Source: Rhizaria sp. SCN 62-66
Lineage: Eukaryota
Reading direction: 5' to 3'
Length of the DNA stretch: 64,000 nucleotides
Assembly: GCA_001724265.1 (NCBI GenBank)
Contig: MEDY01000004.1
Span: 248,001-312,000 of the forward strand
Each line of letters begins with the position of its first letter. The first letter of the stretch is position 1. The notes beneath the pieces were generated by a model. That model was not told the origin of the DNA, searched no databases, and was given only the letters and a program-made list of their open reading frames with translations. A program made the position numbers and the translations under genes. Positions 37,403-48,400 of the stretch are shown here, piece by piece.

Positions 37403-39517
37403 ATGTCTTCTAGCCGTCTAGAAGCGACCCTGGCGCGCGCAAGTACTCTTCTTGCGCGCGCTGCCAACTCTGACTGGCCACTGATTGTTGCTGCGACGGG
37501 TGAGTCCGTCGCAACAGTCCCACCTGGCGCCATCAGCGAGCTCCCCACAGTCCGCGAAGCCACTGCAGAAGAAGTCCGCGTCTACCGCAAGTCTCTCACT
37601 GCCACAGCGGCCTTTGCCGAGAGCGCCGCGATGTCGGCCGTGCGCGCGCTGCCGTCGCCGCCCGCCACCTTCGACGACGCCTTGCTATACCTCGCCACGG
37701 CGCTCGTGGTCCCGGGTTTGCCCGCTCTCGGCGCGCCCCAGGCCCTCTACGGCAAGAATGTCAAGCACAACAACAGCGAGAGCAGCAGCAGCAGCAGCGC
37801 GAGTGTTGCCTTGCCCGTAAGCGTGCCGAGCCCCGCAGAGGTCGAGGTTGCTCTGAGCAACGCCGCCGCGGCTGACGAAGACGTTGACGACGACGATGAC
37901 AACGACGATGATGATGACGCAAACGACAACGATGAAGAGGAGGACGACGAGCACGACCCCGACCTCCACGACGACAGCGAGGAGGCCCGCGCACGCTTCG
38001 GCCGCAAGCGCGCGCTGCGCCCGCTGTTCCGCCTTACGAAGCGCGCGCGCCGGACGTGGGCTGCGCGCGCGCTCGACATGCTGCAGTCGCACCGCTCGCT
38101 GGCGCAGTCGGCTGCGGCGCTCGCGCGCGAGCTGTCAGTGTTGCAGCAGTTTGCGCTCGACGGCGGCGCGCTGCTGGCGGACGCCGCGGCGGAGCCCTCG
38201 ATCTCCGCGCGTGCGCTGGCGTACTTCACCGTGGTGCGCGAGCTCGGCCACGCGGGGCTGCGCGAGATGCAGCTGGCCACGCAGGCCGCGCGACCGGACC
38301 TGCACGCCGCCGTGCAGGCCGCGGCGGCGCGGCGCGACGAGGCCGCGGCGGCCGTGGCGGCGCGCGCGGCAGCGCTGGCGGCGCGCGAGGCCGAGATGGG
38401 CGCCATGGAGGCCGTACTCGGCGACGCCGCGCGGCTGCGGCGCGACTGGGACCGCGCGCGCGCCGACGCGGGCAAGAGCGAAGAGGCGGCGGAGGAGCTG
38501 CGCGCGGCGTGCGCGGCGCTGCGAGCTGCTGTGGCGAGGGAGAAGGCACGCCTGGACCGGCTGGGCGAGGCCGCGCGTGGCGCCGAGGCCGAGGCGCGCG
38601 GCAAGGAAGCTGCCGAAGCGCGGGAGCTCTGCGCAAGGCTCCGCGCCAAGCGGGACGAGACCAGGGCTAGGGTTGCTGTTGCACGTGCGAAGCTGAGCCA
38701 GAGCAGTAACACTGCTGCTGTTGACACGAGCTTGATGTGCGAGGGCGATGTCTCAGTCATCATTCCCATCACGACCGACCGCAATAACGACGAGACCGAG
38801 AACAAGAGCGGCGGCGCTGGTGCTGCAGGGTCGAAGCGGCTGAGTGACGGCGAGAGCTTCGCGGTGAACGGCACGGGCGCCAGCACCGGCGGCAGCGACA
38901 GCGTTGTCCGCAGTCTAGGCCTTGACGACGTCGACGCGTTCCTAGACTCCGACGCCGAAGACAACGCCAACACAAACGCCAACGTCGGCAAGGCGGGCGC
39001 CGCGAACACGAGCGTGGCCGAGGCGGACGCGTCGCTGCTGCTCAATGTGAGCGTCAACGAGAGCGTGGATCCCGCGACGGCGGCTGCCGAGGCCGAGGCG
39101 CTGGGCGCGGAGGCGAGGCGCGCATGGGCGGGGCTGGCGCGCGCGCAGGGGCAGGCCGCGGCCGCCGGGGTACGTGAGGCCGCGCTGCGCACGCTGCTGC
39201 GCGCCGTCGCTGCCACTGCGGGCTCAGCTGCGACTGCGAGCGCGACTCTGAGCGCGAGTTCGAGTGAGAGTCAGGAGAGCGCCACCGCTGCTGCGGCGTC
39301 GGTAGCAGTGATGTCTGTGCTCGCGCGCGGGCCGACACTGCGCAGCGCGGTGTTGCGGGAGGTTGCTGCGGCGCGCAGTGTGGCGCTGGCGGCGGGCAGG
39401 GCGACTGTGGGTGCGGCTGAGTGGTTTGATGCAGCTGAGAAGGCAGTTGCAGCCCTGGTTGAGAGTGGTGTCATTTCGACCTCTGGAGACGCACATGACT
39501 ACTTGCTATCGATTTGA
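37403..39517 (+). CDS. Hypothetical protein with acidic tract, long central coiled coil and small C-terminal helical domain
   Basis: GC-rich ORF with a D/E tract at about 37875-37980 and a heptad-like A/E/R-rich region at about 38320-38700. The start could be ATG 37385 or 37403. Stop is TGA. Confidence 0.7.
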   Translation: MSSSRLEATLARASTLLARAANSDWPLIVAATGESVATVPPGAISELPTVREATAEEVRVYRKSLTATAAFAESAAMSAVRALPSPPATFDDALLYLATALVVPGLPALGAPQALYGKNVKHNNSESSSSSSASVALPVSVPSPAEVEVALSNAAAADEDVDDDDDNDDDDDANDNDEEEDDEHDPDLHDDSEEARARFGRKRALRPLFRLTKRARRTWAARALDMLQSHRSLAQSAAALARELSVLQQFALDGGALLADAAAEPSISARALAYFTVVRELGHAGLREMQLATQAARPDLHAAVQAAAARRDEAAAAVAARAAALAAREAEMGAMEAVLGDAARLRRDWDRARADAGKSEEAAEELRAACAALRAAVAREKARLDRLGEAARGAEAEARGKEAAEARELCARLRAKRDETRARVAVARAKLSQSSNTAAVDTSLMCEGDVSVIIPITTDRNNDETENKSGGAGAAGSKRLSDGESFAVNGTGASTGGSDSVVRSLGLDDVDAFLDSDAEDNANTNANVGKAGAANTSVAEADASLLLNVSVNESVDPATAAAEAEALGAEARRAWAGLARAQGQAAAAGVREAALRTLLRAVAATAGSAATASATLSASSSESQESATAAAASVAVMSVLARGPTLRSAVLREVAAARSVALAAGRATVGAAEWFDAAEKAVAALVESGVISTSGDAHDYLLSI

Positions 39518-40046
39518 AAACTCAGTATAATGTGAATCTATGTTTATCTTATTGTTTGAGACCGGTATATTTGCTAGATGGAGTGGTTCTGTGCTGAAAA
39601 TAACCTGAAGATGATGCATTCGGTTGTTTTGCTCTTGCGCGTGGCACAGGAGAGAGCTTCGGTTGATTGTGGTTGGAGCGACAAAAAGGTGGAGAGAGGG
39701 TCATATTATCGTTAACTAGGGATATCGTTTCTTAATATAGAGTTTAATTTTCATCAAATGAATGAAAATCATATTTTAATTATCATATTCGATCTCCAAA
39801 CCAACGATCCAGACCTGCTTTTCAATCCTTGGTTGGCTGACTCAAGTTGAGATTCAGTTCATCCAACTGCGTTCTGCGAGCAACTCACGCTCGTTAGTTC
39901 GCAATGCCACACGGCTCAGGAATATTTCCCTATGTACTCTTACATCATGCTTGTGAGAAACGCATTGAAACCCTCACCAACCTTCTCAATATCCTTTCCC
40001 CTGTTGCTCTGCCCGCTTAACACGTTCACTCTTCCAAGAAATACAG

Positions 40047-40332
40047 ATGAGCGCTCCTGGCGGTGGCTACAACCACGGCTACCCGCCCGCGGCCGGCTAT
40101 GGCGTGCCTCCCTCTGGCCCTCCTTCTGGTCTATACGGCTACGACGCCCTCGGCCCGCCGCCCGGCCGCGGCAACAACTGGTCCGGCTACTCCTACGGCC
40201 CTCCCTCCGGGCCCCCCATGGACGGCCCGCAGCAGCCCTACTACGCGCCAGCGTATCCCCCGCCGCCCTCACAGGGCTACCCGTCCCCGCAGCAGTACGG
40301 CGGCGCCCCGCAAACCAGCTCCAGTAGCAGCT

Positions 40333-40363
<31 letters not shown>

Positions 40364-42026
40364 CGGCGGCGGCGGCAGCAGCGCGCCAGAGCACGCGCTG
40401 TCACCACAGGCCGAGCGCTTGAATCTCGCGCACGTGGCGCTGACGTCGAGCGGCCAGCGCTACAACAGTCCCGACAAGCTTGCGCACGACCTCGCGGACC
40501 TGCTGAGCCCCGGCTCGGGCTACTAGCTCGTGACGCGCGCCGTTGTGCTGCCGCTCGACCAGTACGGCGTGGGCGGCACCCACGCGCCCACAGTCATGGT
40601 CGGGCTCGCCACCGTCTGCCCCGGACGCGCCGGCGTCACGCCCACGCCGCTGGGGATCTATTTCCCGCCCGGCTACCCCGCGCAGGCGCCCTACGTTGTG
40701 GTCGAGCCGCTGCCGCGCCAGCGCCTGGCGTGCAACAACGCTATTGCACCTGCCACGGGCGCCGTAAACCTCAGGTACCTGCAGCAGTGGGACGCGCGCA
40801 ACAGCACGCTCAGCGAGCTCGTCACCTTCGTGTCCTCGCTCTTCTACTCAGCCTCGGGCGTCGAGGGCGACAACACTGGCGGCGGCAACGGCGGCGACTG
40901 GGGCCGCGGTGAGGCGGCGGCGGGCGCGGGGGTCACCAGCCGCAACAGCGCCGTCCGGCAGCCTCCCGCCGTCTCCGCGGCCCCGCTGCGCCCCGGCACT
41001 GCGGGCACCGGCACCGGCGGCACCGGCATCGGCGGCGGCGGCGGCGGCGTGGAGTCGGAGGACGAGCAATTGGCAGTCGCGCTGTCGCGTTCGCTCGCCG
41101 ACGTGAGCCTCTACTCGTCCGTCTCGAACCTCTCCACCCACTCCAGCGCCAAGTACGCCGTCCCCGCCTCCAGCTCGGGCTCGAACGCTGGCGCTGGGTC
41201 GGGCGCTGGTTCGGGCCGAGGCATGTTTGCCACTGCGTCCGACGTCGCCATCCCGGGCCCCGCACCGCTCTCCACCCGCAGCGGCAACCTCGGCACCACT
41301 GGCGCGGGCGCGGGCGCCAAGCTAAGCGCGGAGGACGAGGCCGAGCGCGCGGGGCTGGAGCAGATTGTCGCCGTCAAGGCCGAGACTGCGCTCAACGCAC
41401 ACGCGCGCGCCGCCACGGCCGAGGCGCAGGACCTGGCCGCCGCGGGCCGCGCGCTCGCCGCCGTCGCCGCCGCCGCCACGGCCGCTGCGCGGGCCCGCGA
41501 GGACGCCGCGGGCGCGCTGGCGTCCGCGCAGGCCGGCGCCGACGCGCAGGTGCGCGAGCTGCGGGCCTGGGTCGCTGCGCACGAGCAGGCCCTCGCCAGC
41601 TCCAACACCACTGCCAGCGCCAATGCAGCAGGCGCCAAATCTGCCGCGGGCGGGCCGGACGTGAACGCGAGCGTGGCGTGGGGCGACCCGATTGCGGCGG
41701 CGCTGGCAGGTGCGGTGTGCGACGACATGGCCGCCGAGGACGCGCTGACTGCGCTCGACGAGCTGCTTGAGGACGAGTGCGTCGACGTCACCGAGTACCT
41801 CAAGGAGGTGCGCAAAGTGGCCAAGCAGCAGTTCCTTGCACGGGCCGCGCAGGGCCGCGTGGCGCAGGTGCAGCGCGAGGCGCTGGCCACGCAGGCGCGC
41901 GTGCGCGAACAGATGCGCGCGCAGCAGCTGGGAGGCCCGGGCGGACAGGGCGGACAGCTGCAGGGGCTGGGGCAGGGGCAGCAGGCTGGGGCGATGCCGG
42001 GGCAGGGGCAGTACCAGATGCGGTGA
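40047..42026 (+). CDS. TSG101: ESCRT-I subunit Vps23/TSG101 (Pro/Gly/Tyr-rich N-terminus, UEV domain, UIM-like motif, coiled coil, steadiness box), 659 aa reading through TAG 40524-40526
   Basis: UEV: YNSPDKLAHDLADLL..GY*L...PLGIYFPPGYPAQAPYVVVEP...GAVNLRYLQQW...STLSELVTFVSSLF. Steadiness box: DDMAAEDALTALDELLEDECVDVTEYLKEVRKVAKQQFLARA. The two listed ORFs are in the same frame and separated only by TAG-CTC. Stop is TGA. Confidence 0.88.
40323..40381 (+). repeat. (AGC)n(GGC)n coding microsatellite (poly-Ser then poly-Gly) in the TSG101 N-terminal extension
   Basis: Direct inspection of the sequence. Confidence 0.8.
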
Positions 42027-42477
42027 AGGAGTGATGCGCGTGGAGATATATCAATGACAACGCAGGGCCAGAGATATGGCTTGATCATGATGGCACGATC
42101 ATTATATCGTGAGCCCTTTCAATAGACTATGACTTTTCGCTTCGAAGCTCTTGTAGAAATTGTAAACTATCACACTTTTCTTCGTTTTTTCGACGATAAG
42201 CTTACTCCAGCTTCCGATCTGGATCACTGAAGACGATATACTCGACTAGTATTTTGCTCGAACTTCTACTAGTGACCATGGAACATCGAAAAGCGAGGTG
42301 AGAAACGGCTCTAAATCATCAACAGTTGTGGCATGTAGAATCCGTTGTTGGGAAAATCATTGAACTATGAAGTGATTCCTAAATCAAATACCATAAAAAT
42401 TATTCTTGCAAACGCTCTACTTGTGTACCTCTTTCTGTAGACCTCGTTAAAGCTCTGTTGTCTGACACTTCGCAAAC

Positions 42478-45400
42478 ATGAGCCAGGCGAACGTGGATCC
42501 GTCGCCGATGGCGCCAAGCATGTCGCTTTACGAGCCCCGTGCGCGGACTCTTGCTCCACCCACGCTTGATGTAACGAAGTCCTCCGCGATGTCCTTTCAT
42601 GGCCCCGAGCTGCCTCCCAACTCGTTGCCTTTCCTCCCTGCTGTTACACCTCGCTCTTCTCGAGTCCTCTCCACCTCATCTGCCTCTGCCGCTGCCGCTG
42701 CAACTACAAGCACTCCACGTGGTTTTAGTCTTAGTGCACGGGGCACGCTTGCTCCCGCTGGTGCGGGTGTGGTTGGCGCTCAAAACCGCGGAACGTCCCT
42801 CACCCGCACGCTCACTCGCACCCAAGGCGTGGCTGGCCGCACACTGCGCGACTGTTTCCCGAACATGCCCTTCAGTCCCGAACTCGACACCCCACTGCGC
42901 CCCGCCGACCTCGCCGCGACTCTCCCGCTTGTTCTCACTACCGGAAGTGGGCTTGGCGCGAAGACGGCTACATTTGCGCTCTCCAGTGCGCCACACGCAC
43001 TTGCTGTCGAGCCCTCCCCGTTTCCCCTTCCCTCTGCGCCTCTGACCGCGACGGCGACGCAGACACGGCACGACAACGCGACTGCGCTGCGCCTCGCCAC
43101 ACAGTACGCCTCAGCGCGGGACCAGCTTGCCTCCAGCACGATGAACAGCGCGTTCGGTCTCCTCGGCGGCGGCGGCAGCGGCGGCGATGCGAGCGTGTCC
43201 AGCGTCGGCCGCAGCGCGATCCACGCGCGCCTCGCCACCGCCGTGGCCGCCGCGGAGGGCAGCGACCCGTACAGCGCGCCCATCGTGGCCAGCGTGCTGG
43301 GCCTACCCACGCCAGCCGCCATCGCACAGCTCCCGCTGCCGTTTCCGCCCCCGCGCCTCGTCTTCGTGCCCGCCGACGCGCTTAACAACAGCGGCGGCAG
43401 TGCGAAAAGCTGCGCGAATGCGCACAGTGCGGGCCTGAGCGCGGCCGCTTGCGCCGGGCTTGTGCAGGGCGCGGGCGGCGTTGCGGGCCACTGGGAGTGG
43501 CGCCAAGCGCATCCGCTCTACCGCACCGCGACCGCCGTGCACTCGTCCGCGCCTGGCCAGCTGCTCGCCGCGGTCGGCGTGACGCCCCTTGTGCACTGGT
43601 TTGCGCGCGTGCACCTGTCGGCCGTGCAGGGCGCGCTGTGGCGCGAGGACGCCCCGCTGCCCGCGACCGACACGGACGCGCTGCTCGCGCTGCTCACCCT
43701 CAGCCCGCACGCCGCCGCCGCCGCAGCGGCCAACGGGGCTCAGTCAGAGTCTGGGTCTTTTGCCGCGGCCGACAGTGTGAGCGCCGAGGCCGACGCGGTC
43801 GTGGAGAAGCTGTGCCAGGTCGCGTTTGAGTCGCTGTCCTCGGTCCTCGCCGCGCGCGCCACGGGTCCTGCGGTCGGCGCGTTCGCTGCGTTCCTCTGGC
43901 GCACGTGGAGCGCGGTGCTCGCCCGCCGCGCGGATCGCCGCGTCGCGCACGCCGTGGCCGTCGCCGCCGCGCAACTGTCCGCGCAGTCCGAGGCGCTACT
44001 CGCCGACGCGCGCGCGGACGCCGCGGAGCTGCGCGTGAGGTGCGCCGCGCTCGACGTTGCCGTGCGCGTGGGCGACGCGCGGTCCGCGGCGCAGCGCGGC
44101 TCGCTCGCGCTAATGCACAAGGTCGACGCGGCGAGTGCGGCGGACCACGCGCGCATGCAGCTGCGGCAGGCCGCTGCCGTGCGCACCGCCGAGGCCGACA
44201 CCACGACGGCGCGCGCGGCGGCCGCGACGGCGGGGCAGCGCGCCGAGGCGCTCGCAGCCAAGGCCGCAGCGCTCGAAGCCGAGCTGGGCCGCGTGCGCGC
44301 GGCGCGCGACGGACTGGCGCGGCGGCTTGTTGCGTGGCGGCGCGCCGTGCACGCGTACGTGCAGTCCCCCGCGGGGCTGTCGCCGGGCATCCTGCGCGTG
44401 CTGGCCGTGGCGCCAACCCACCAGCCCGCGGGCGCGGGCGACGCGGTCGTGCTCGACGGCGCTGCGGCCGGAATCGCCGGCGGGCTGCCGGGCGGCGCGC
44501 TCACCGCGGGTGGGCCCGCTGTGGACGGCAAGATCACCGTCACGATCAGTCCGCGCAAGGCGCAGCCGTCGTCGGCCTTGATGGGCGCCGCGACGGCGAT
44601 GGGCATGACAAGCGCAAACAGCACGAATGCAGCCTTTAGCGTGAGCGGACTGTTGCCTTACAGCGCGAGCAATTCCCAGAACTCTGGTAGCTTATCGGCT
44701 TCTGCGCGCGCCCCGCTGCCGTCGCCGTCTCACGCGCTGGCCCAAGGCGCTGCTGCGGCGACGCTGGCCGCTGCCACAGCACCCGGTGCGCCCCTCGCCC
44801 CGGCGCTGGCGCGACTCTCCGCGCGCGAACTGGCCGCAGCGGTGCCATCCCTGTACGAAGTGCTGCGCGGCGAGTGGGATGAGGAAGCTATAATTGGGGA
44901 CGGCTTCGGTGTCTACAATACTGACAAGGCCACGCAGACCGTTGCGGCACCACAAGACCCTGGTGCGCTATGGGGACAGCTTAACTTTGGCGACGCCGAT
45001 AGTGATAACAACAACAGCAACACGGATTTCTGGGGGCAGCAGCAGGCGCCGGCGGCGGGTGCGAAGGCCGGCTCGCTACTCCTGCAGAGCCCTGTGACCG
45101 TGTTTGGGGACATCGAGGACGACGACCGGCGCGTGCTGTCATCGCGCGACGCGAGCGCCCGCGCCGTGGCGTCCGTCACCGCAGCAGGCTCCGCGGTTGC
45201 GAACCGCGCCCGCGGCAGCGGTGTGGCGCGTCCTCCGAGCGGACATGACAATCACCGGCCTAACAGCAGGCAACGGCTCAGCCGAACCAGCACTGCCACT
45301 GGTCCCCCCACGACTTCGGCCTCGAGCTCGAACGGCATTCCTAACAGCAACAGTAACCCGAGCAAGCCTACGTCGCGCTCCGGCGCGCGCAACGGTGCCA

Positions 45401-48400
45401 CGTCGTCTCCCACCCCCGGGCCTGGCCCCGCGCCGGTGCCCGTCTTCGTGGGTTCTCCTGTGAAGCTCACTGTGGACGTGAACGCCGACAAGGCTTGGCG
45501 CAGCGGCAGCGCGCGCAGGGGCCGCAGCGCGGGCCGTACGCATCCCGCGGACGCGAACGCAGTGGCCAAGGGGCGGGTCGGCAGCCCTGACGGCGTCGTA
45601 GCGCAAAGTGTGACTGGCAGCGATGCCGGCGACGACAGCTACGCGATCGGCGCTGCGCCGGAGCTGGTGTCGCCCAGGTCACTGGCGAGCCCGGTGAGCA
45701 GCAGCAGCACGGCCAGCGCCGCCGTTGCTGGTGCGACCGCTGCCACTGCAAATTTGGGCGCGGGGTCACGGAATAGATCAAATCACACGAGGTCTCCGTC
45801 AGTGTCTTCGCTCGCGGCTCCCAGCAGCTCGAGCGCGCAAGGGCACGGACAGGGGGCTGGGTTTGGCGCGCGGCCGCCGCTGTCGCCGTCGCTGTCGCTG
45901 TCTCCTTCGGCGCGGTCTAGCACCCGCAGTGTGGCGCGCCACTCGAGGCAGTCATCGCACCACGCCCTCTCGCACTCGCACGCGGGCTCGCTCTCCCCGC
46001 GGTCCCGGGCCGCCGCCGGGACAGGAGCGGGGAGCAACGGCGTGGCTGTGACGGCAGCGGCCGCCGCAGTCGCCGCACGGACGTTCGGTCCGATGTTATT
46101 CGGGGTTCCCGATACCAAGCCGACGGCTGACGCCACGTTCACCGCTGACAACTCCGATGACGTGAAGAACTTTGCGCATGCGCCGGTTGCAGTCTCCGCA
46201 TCTGCTAGCAACGGCACCAGCAGTGGTGCGCTGGCCGCGGCGGCGGGTATGCACGACCTCACTGTCGCGCAGGCACCGGACGGCTCGATGTGGCTGGCCC
46301 TGCCGCCTGCGGCGACTGCGGCAACTGTTGGCGCCGCCGCTGCTGCGCTGCGCGGCGCATCTGTTCTTGACAACTCCAGTGTGGTGTCGGTGAGCATGAC
46401 TCCAGCGGACGCGGTGTCTCGTCCGACCACCAGTGGAAGCATGCGCCCGCAACAACGGCGTCAGTCTCATGTTGTCGTCAACAGCCACGTGCCTCGCTCA
46501 CTCGCCTCATTTCTCACCCCCAGCGCATTACACGCGCTCTCTGCGCAGCACATGCAGCAACACCTCGTGCACAGCCGTGCCGCGGCGCTGACCCCGCCTG
46601 CGCTGTCCCGGTTGCTGCGCACGCTGCTGCGCCAGGCGCTCGGCCACCGCGACGCAACCCCTGCTGCCGCCACGCTGTCAGTCGCCGCCGTGCGCGCGCC
46701 GCCGCCGGGCACTGCTGCTGCGGCCGCGCTCGTCCCTGGCCGCGCGTGGGGCCCCGTGCGTGTTGTCGCTGCCGCGGACGCTGCCGCGCGTCGGCACGCG
46801 CGCCACCGCTCGATCTGCACGTTCAACGCATTCGCCGCATCCGCACCCGGCAGCCCTCTGGCCGCTGGAGTGGCCAATGGTCGCGGTTTTGTCCCTGTGC
46901 CCGCCATGACTGCCCCTGCCGGTGGTGATAGCGGCGTGCTGCGGCTAGCGACGCGCATTGTGTTTGCGCCTGCGACGCCCGCGATTGGTGAGTTCTTGCC
47001 CTTACGCTACCTGATTGTCTCCGGTGGCGCTGTCCTCCCTGCTCTGCGTGCGCTGTGTGAGCACGCCGCCGCCGTGGCTACCGCGGCCGCTAACGCCGAG
47101 GCCGCGGCGGAAGCTACGGACGGACGCGAAGTGATGTCGGCAGCTTTGGCCGCTACTCTGCTACCACGACTCTGCGCGCGTTATTTGGACGAAACACTCT
47201 CGCCCGCCGCCGTCAAGGCAGCGCACAGCACGATGTATGCGGCTTCTCCGGCGCTCCCGGGCTCGGCTGCTGCGATCAACGCTGCTGCTGGCGCTGCGCT
47301 CGCCAGTGCCGCGCTAGCTCGTGGTGCTCCGCTGCCGCCGCTGCGCTCAGCCTTTGCGGCTGCTGCTGCCGCTGAGGCTGCCGCGGCTGCGGCAGGCTCC
47401 GCTGTGGTGGGACGCGGTGGCGGCGCTGTGCGTGGCATGTCGCTGCAGACGGAGTCGTACTCGCCTTCGCCTATGTCGTCTACAACGTCATCTTCGTCGG
47501 ACCTTTTTGCAAATGCCGCTGCAGCTGCAAAGGTTCGTTTGCCTATTCCAGTGGCGCCGCCGCTTGAGTCGCTACTGCTGTCGTCGCCGCCCCCGTCTGC
47601 AGCGGCGCACGGTCCTCGTGGCGCTGCAGAGCGGTCTTGGCAGTTCTTTACGCGACTCTGGGCGGCACTTGATGCACCCGACGTTGTCCTTAGCAACACT
47701 GGCAGTGACAATTCGTCACCGAAGGGTGCTGGTCGACTGCCGCCCTGGGGCGATTTGCCCTTCACTGCTAGTGGCGCTACTAGCAATAGCACGGGCAACG
47801 CTACAGCACCTCGTGAGCCGACGCTCGCGCTCGTTCTATCGAACGCTGTAACAGGACTTTCTCTCGCTTTCTCTGGTGCTAGTACTGTTGATGCAGATGT
47901 TATTCACACTGCGTCGATGCGCCTTGCGCGCGCGGAGATGCCTCTGCAGCCCCCGGGATCAAGCTCTTGTGCGAGTTCTGCCGCAGATGCGGCGGTGGCC
48001 ACTGCGGCTGGCACACTTGTCAACGGCGTGCTGCTGCGGTCCTTGTGGGCTTTGCCGTCGCCGCCAACGTCCACGCGCTCCCGTCCTCTTGCCAACGGCC
48101 CGAGAGCTGGCGCCCCGGCGTCCGAAGCGGTGCCCGAGTCAGCCGTGCCTTGTGAGGCCGTGGCGATGGTGCTGGTCGACGTGTTCGAGCTGCTCGACGC
48201 CAGGGTGCACTGCAGGTGGGTGCGGCGTGCGCGGACTCACCTGGTCGAGTTCCTTGCGCTGAACAATGCGGTCATGAACAATGGCAATGCTAACTCGAAC
48301 GCGAAAACTCCCAGTCTCGGTCACAGCAACTCACGCAGTGAAGAAGATGGAGGCGATGAATGCGAGATTGACGATTGGACTGAGGACACTGTTCCTGCTG

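Noticed and set aside
23845-40526. In-frame TAGs interpreted as intron 3' splice sites
   Set aside because: The supported introns here are AT-richer with GTACG, GTAAG or GTTCG donors. Sequence upstream of TAG 23938, 27748 and 40524 is GC-rich, codon-periodic and lacks such donors. This is disfavoured but not formally excluded.
12298-42026. Functional cluster of endolysosomal genes (Vps55, acid ceramidase, Vps23, next to TOR)
   Set aside because: They are interspersed with unrelated genes on mixed strands, which is consistent with chance in a compact eukaryotic genome.
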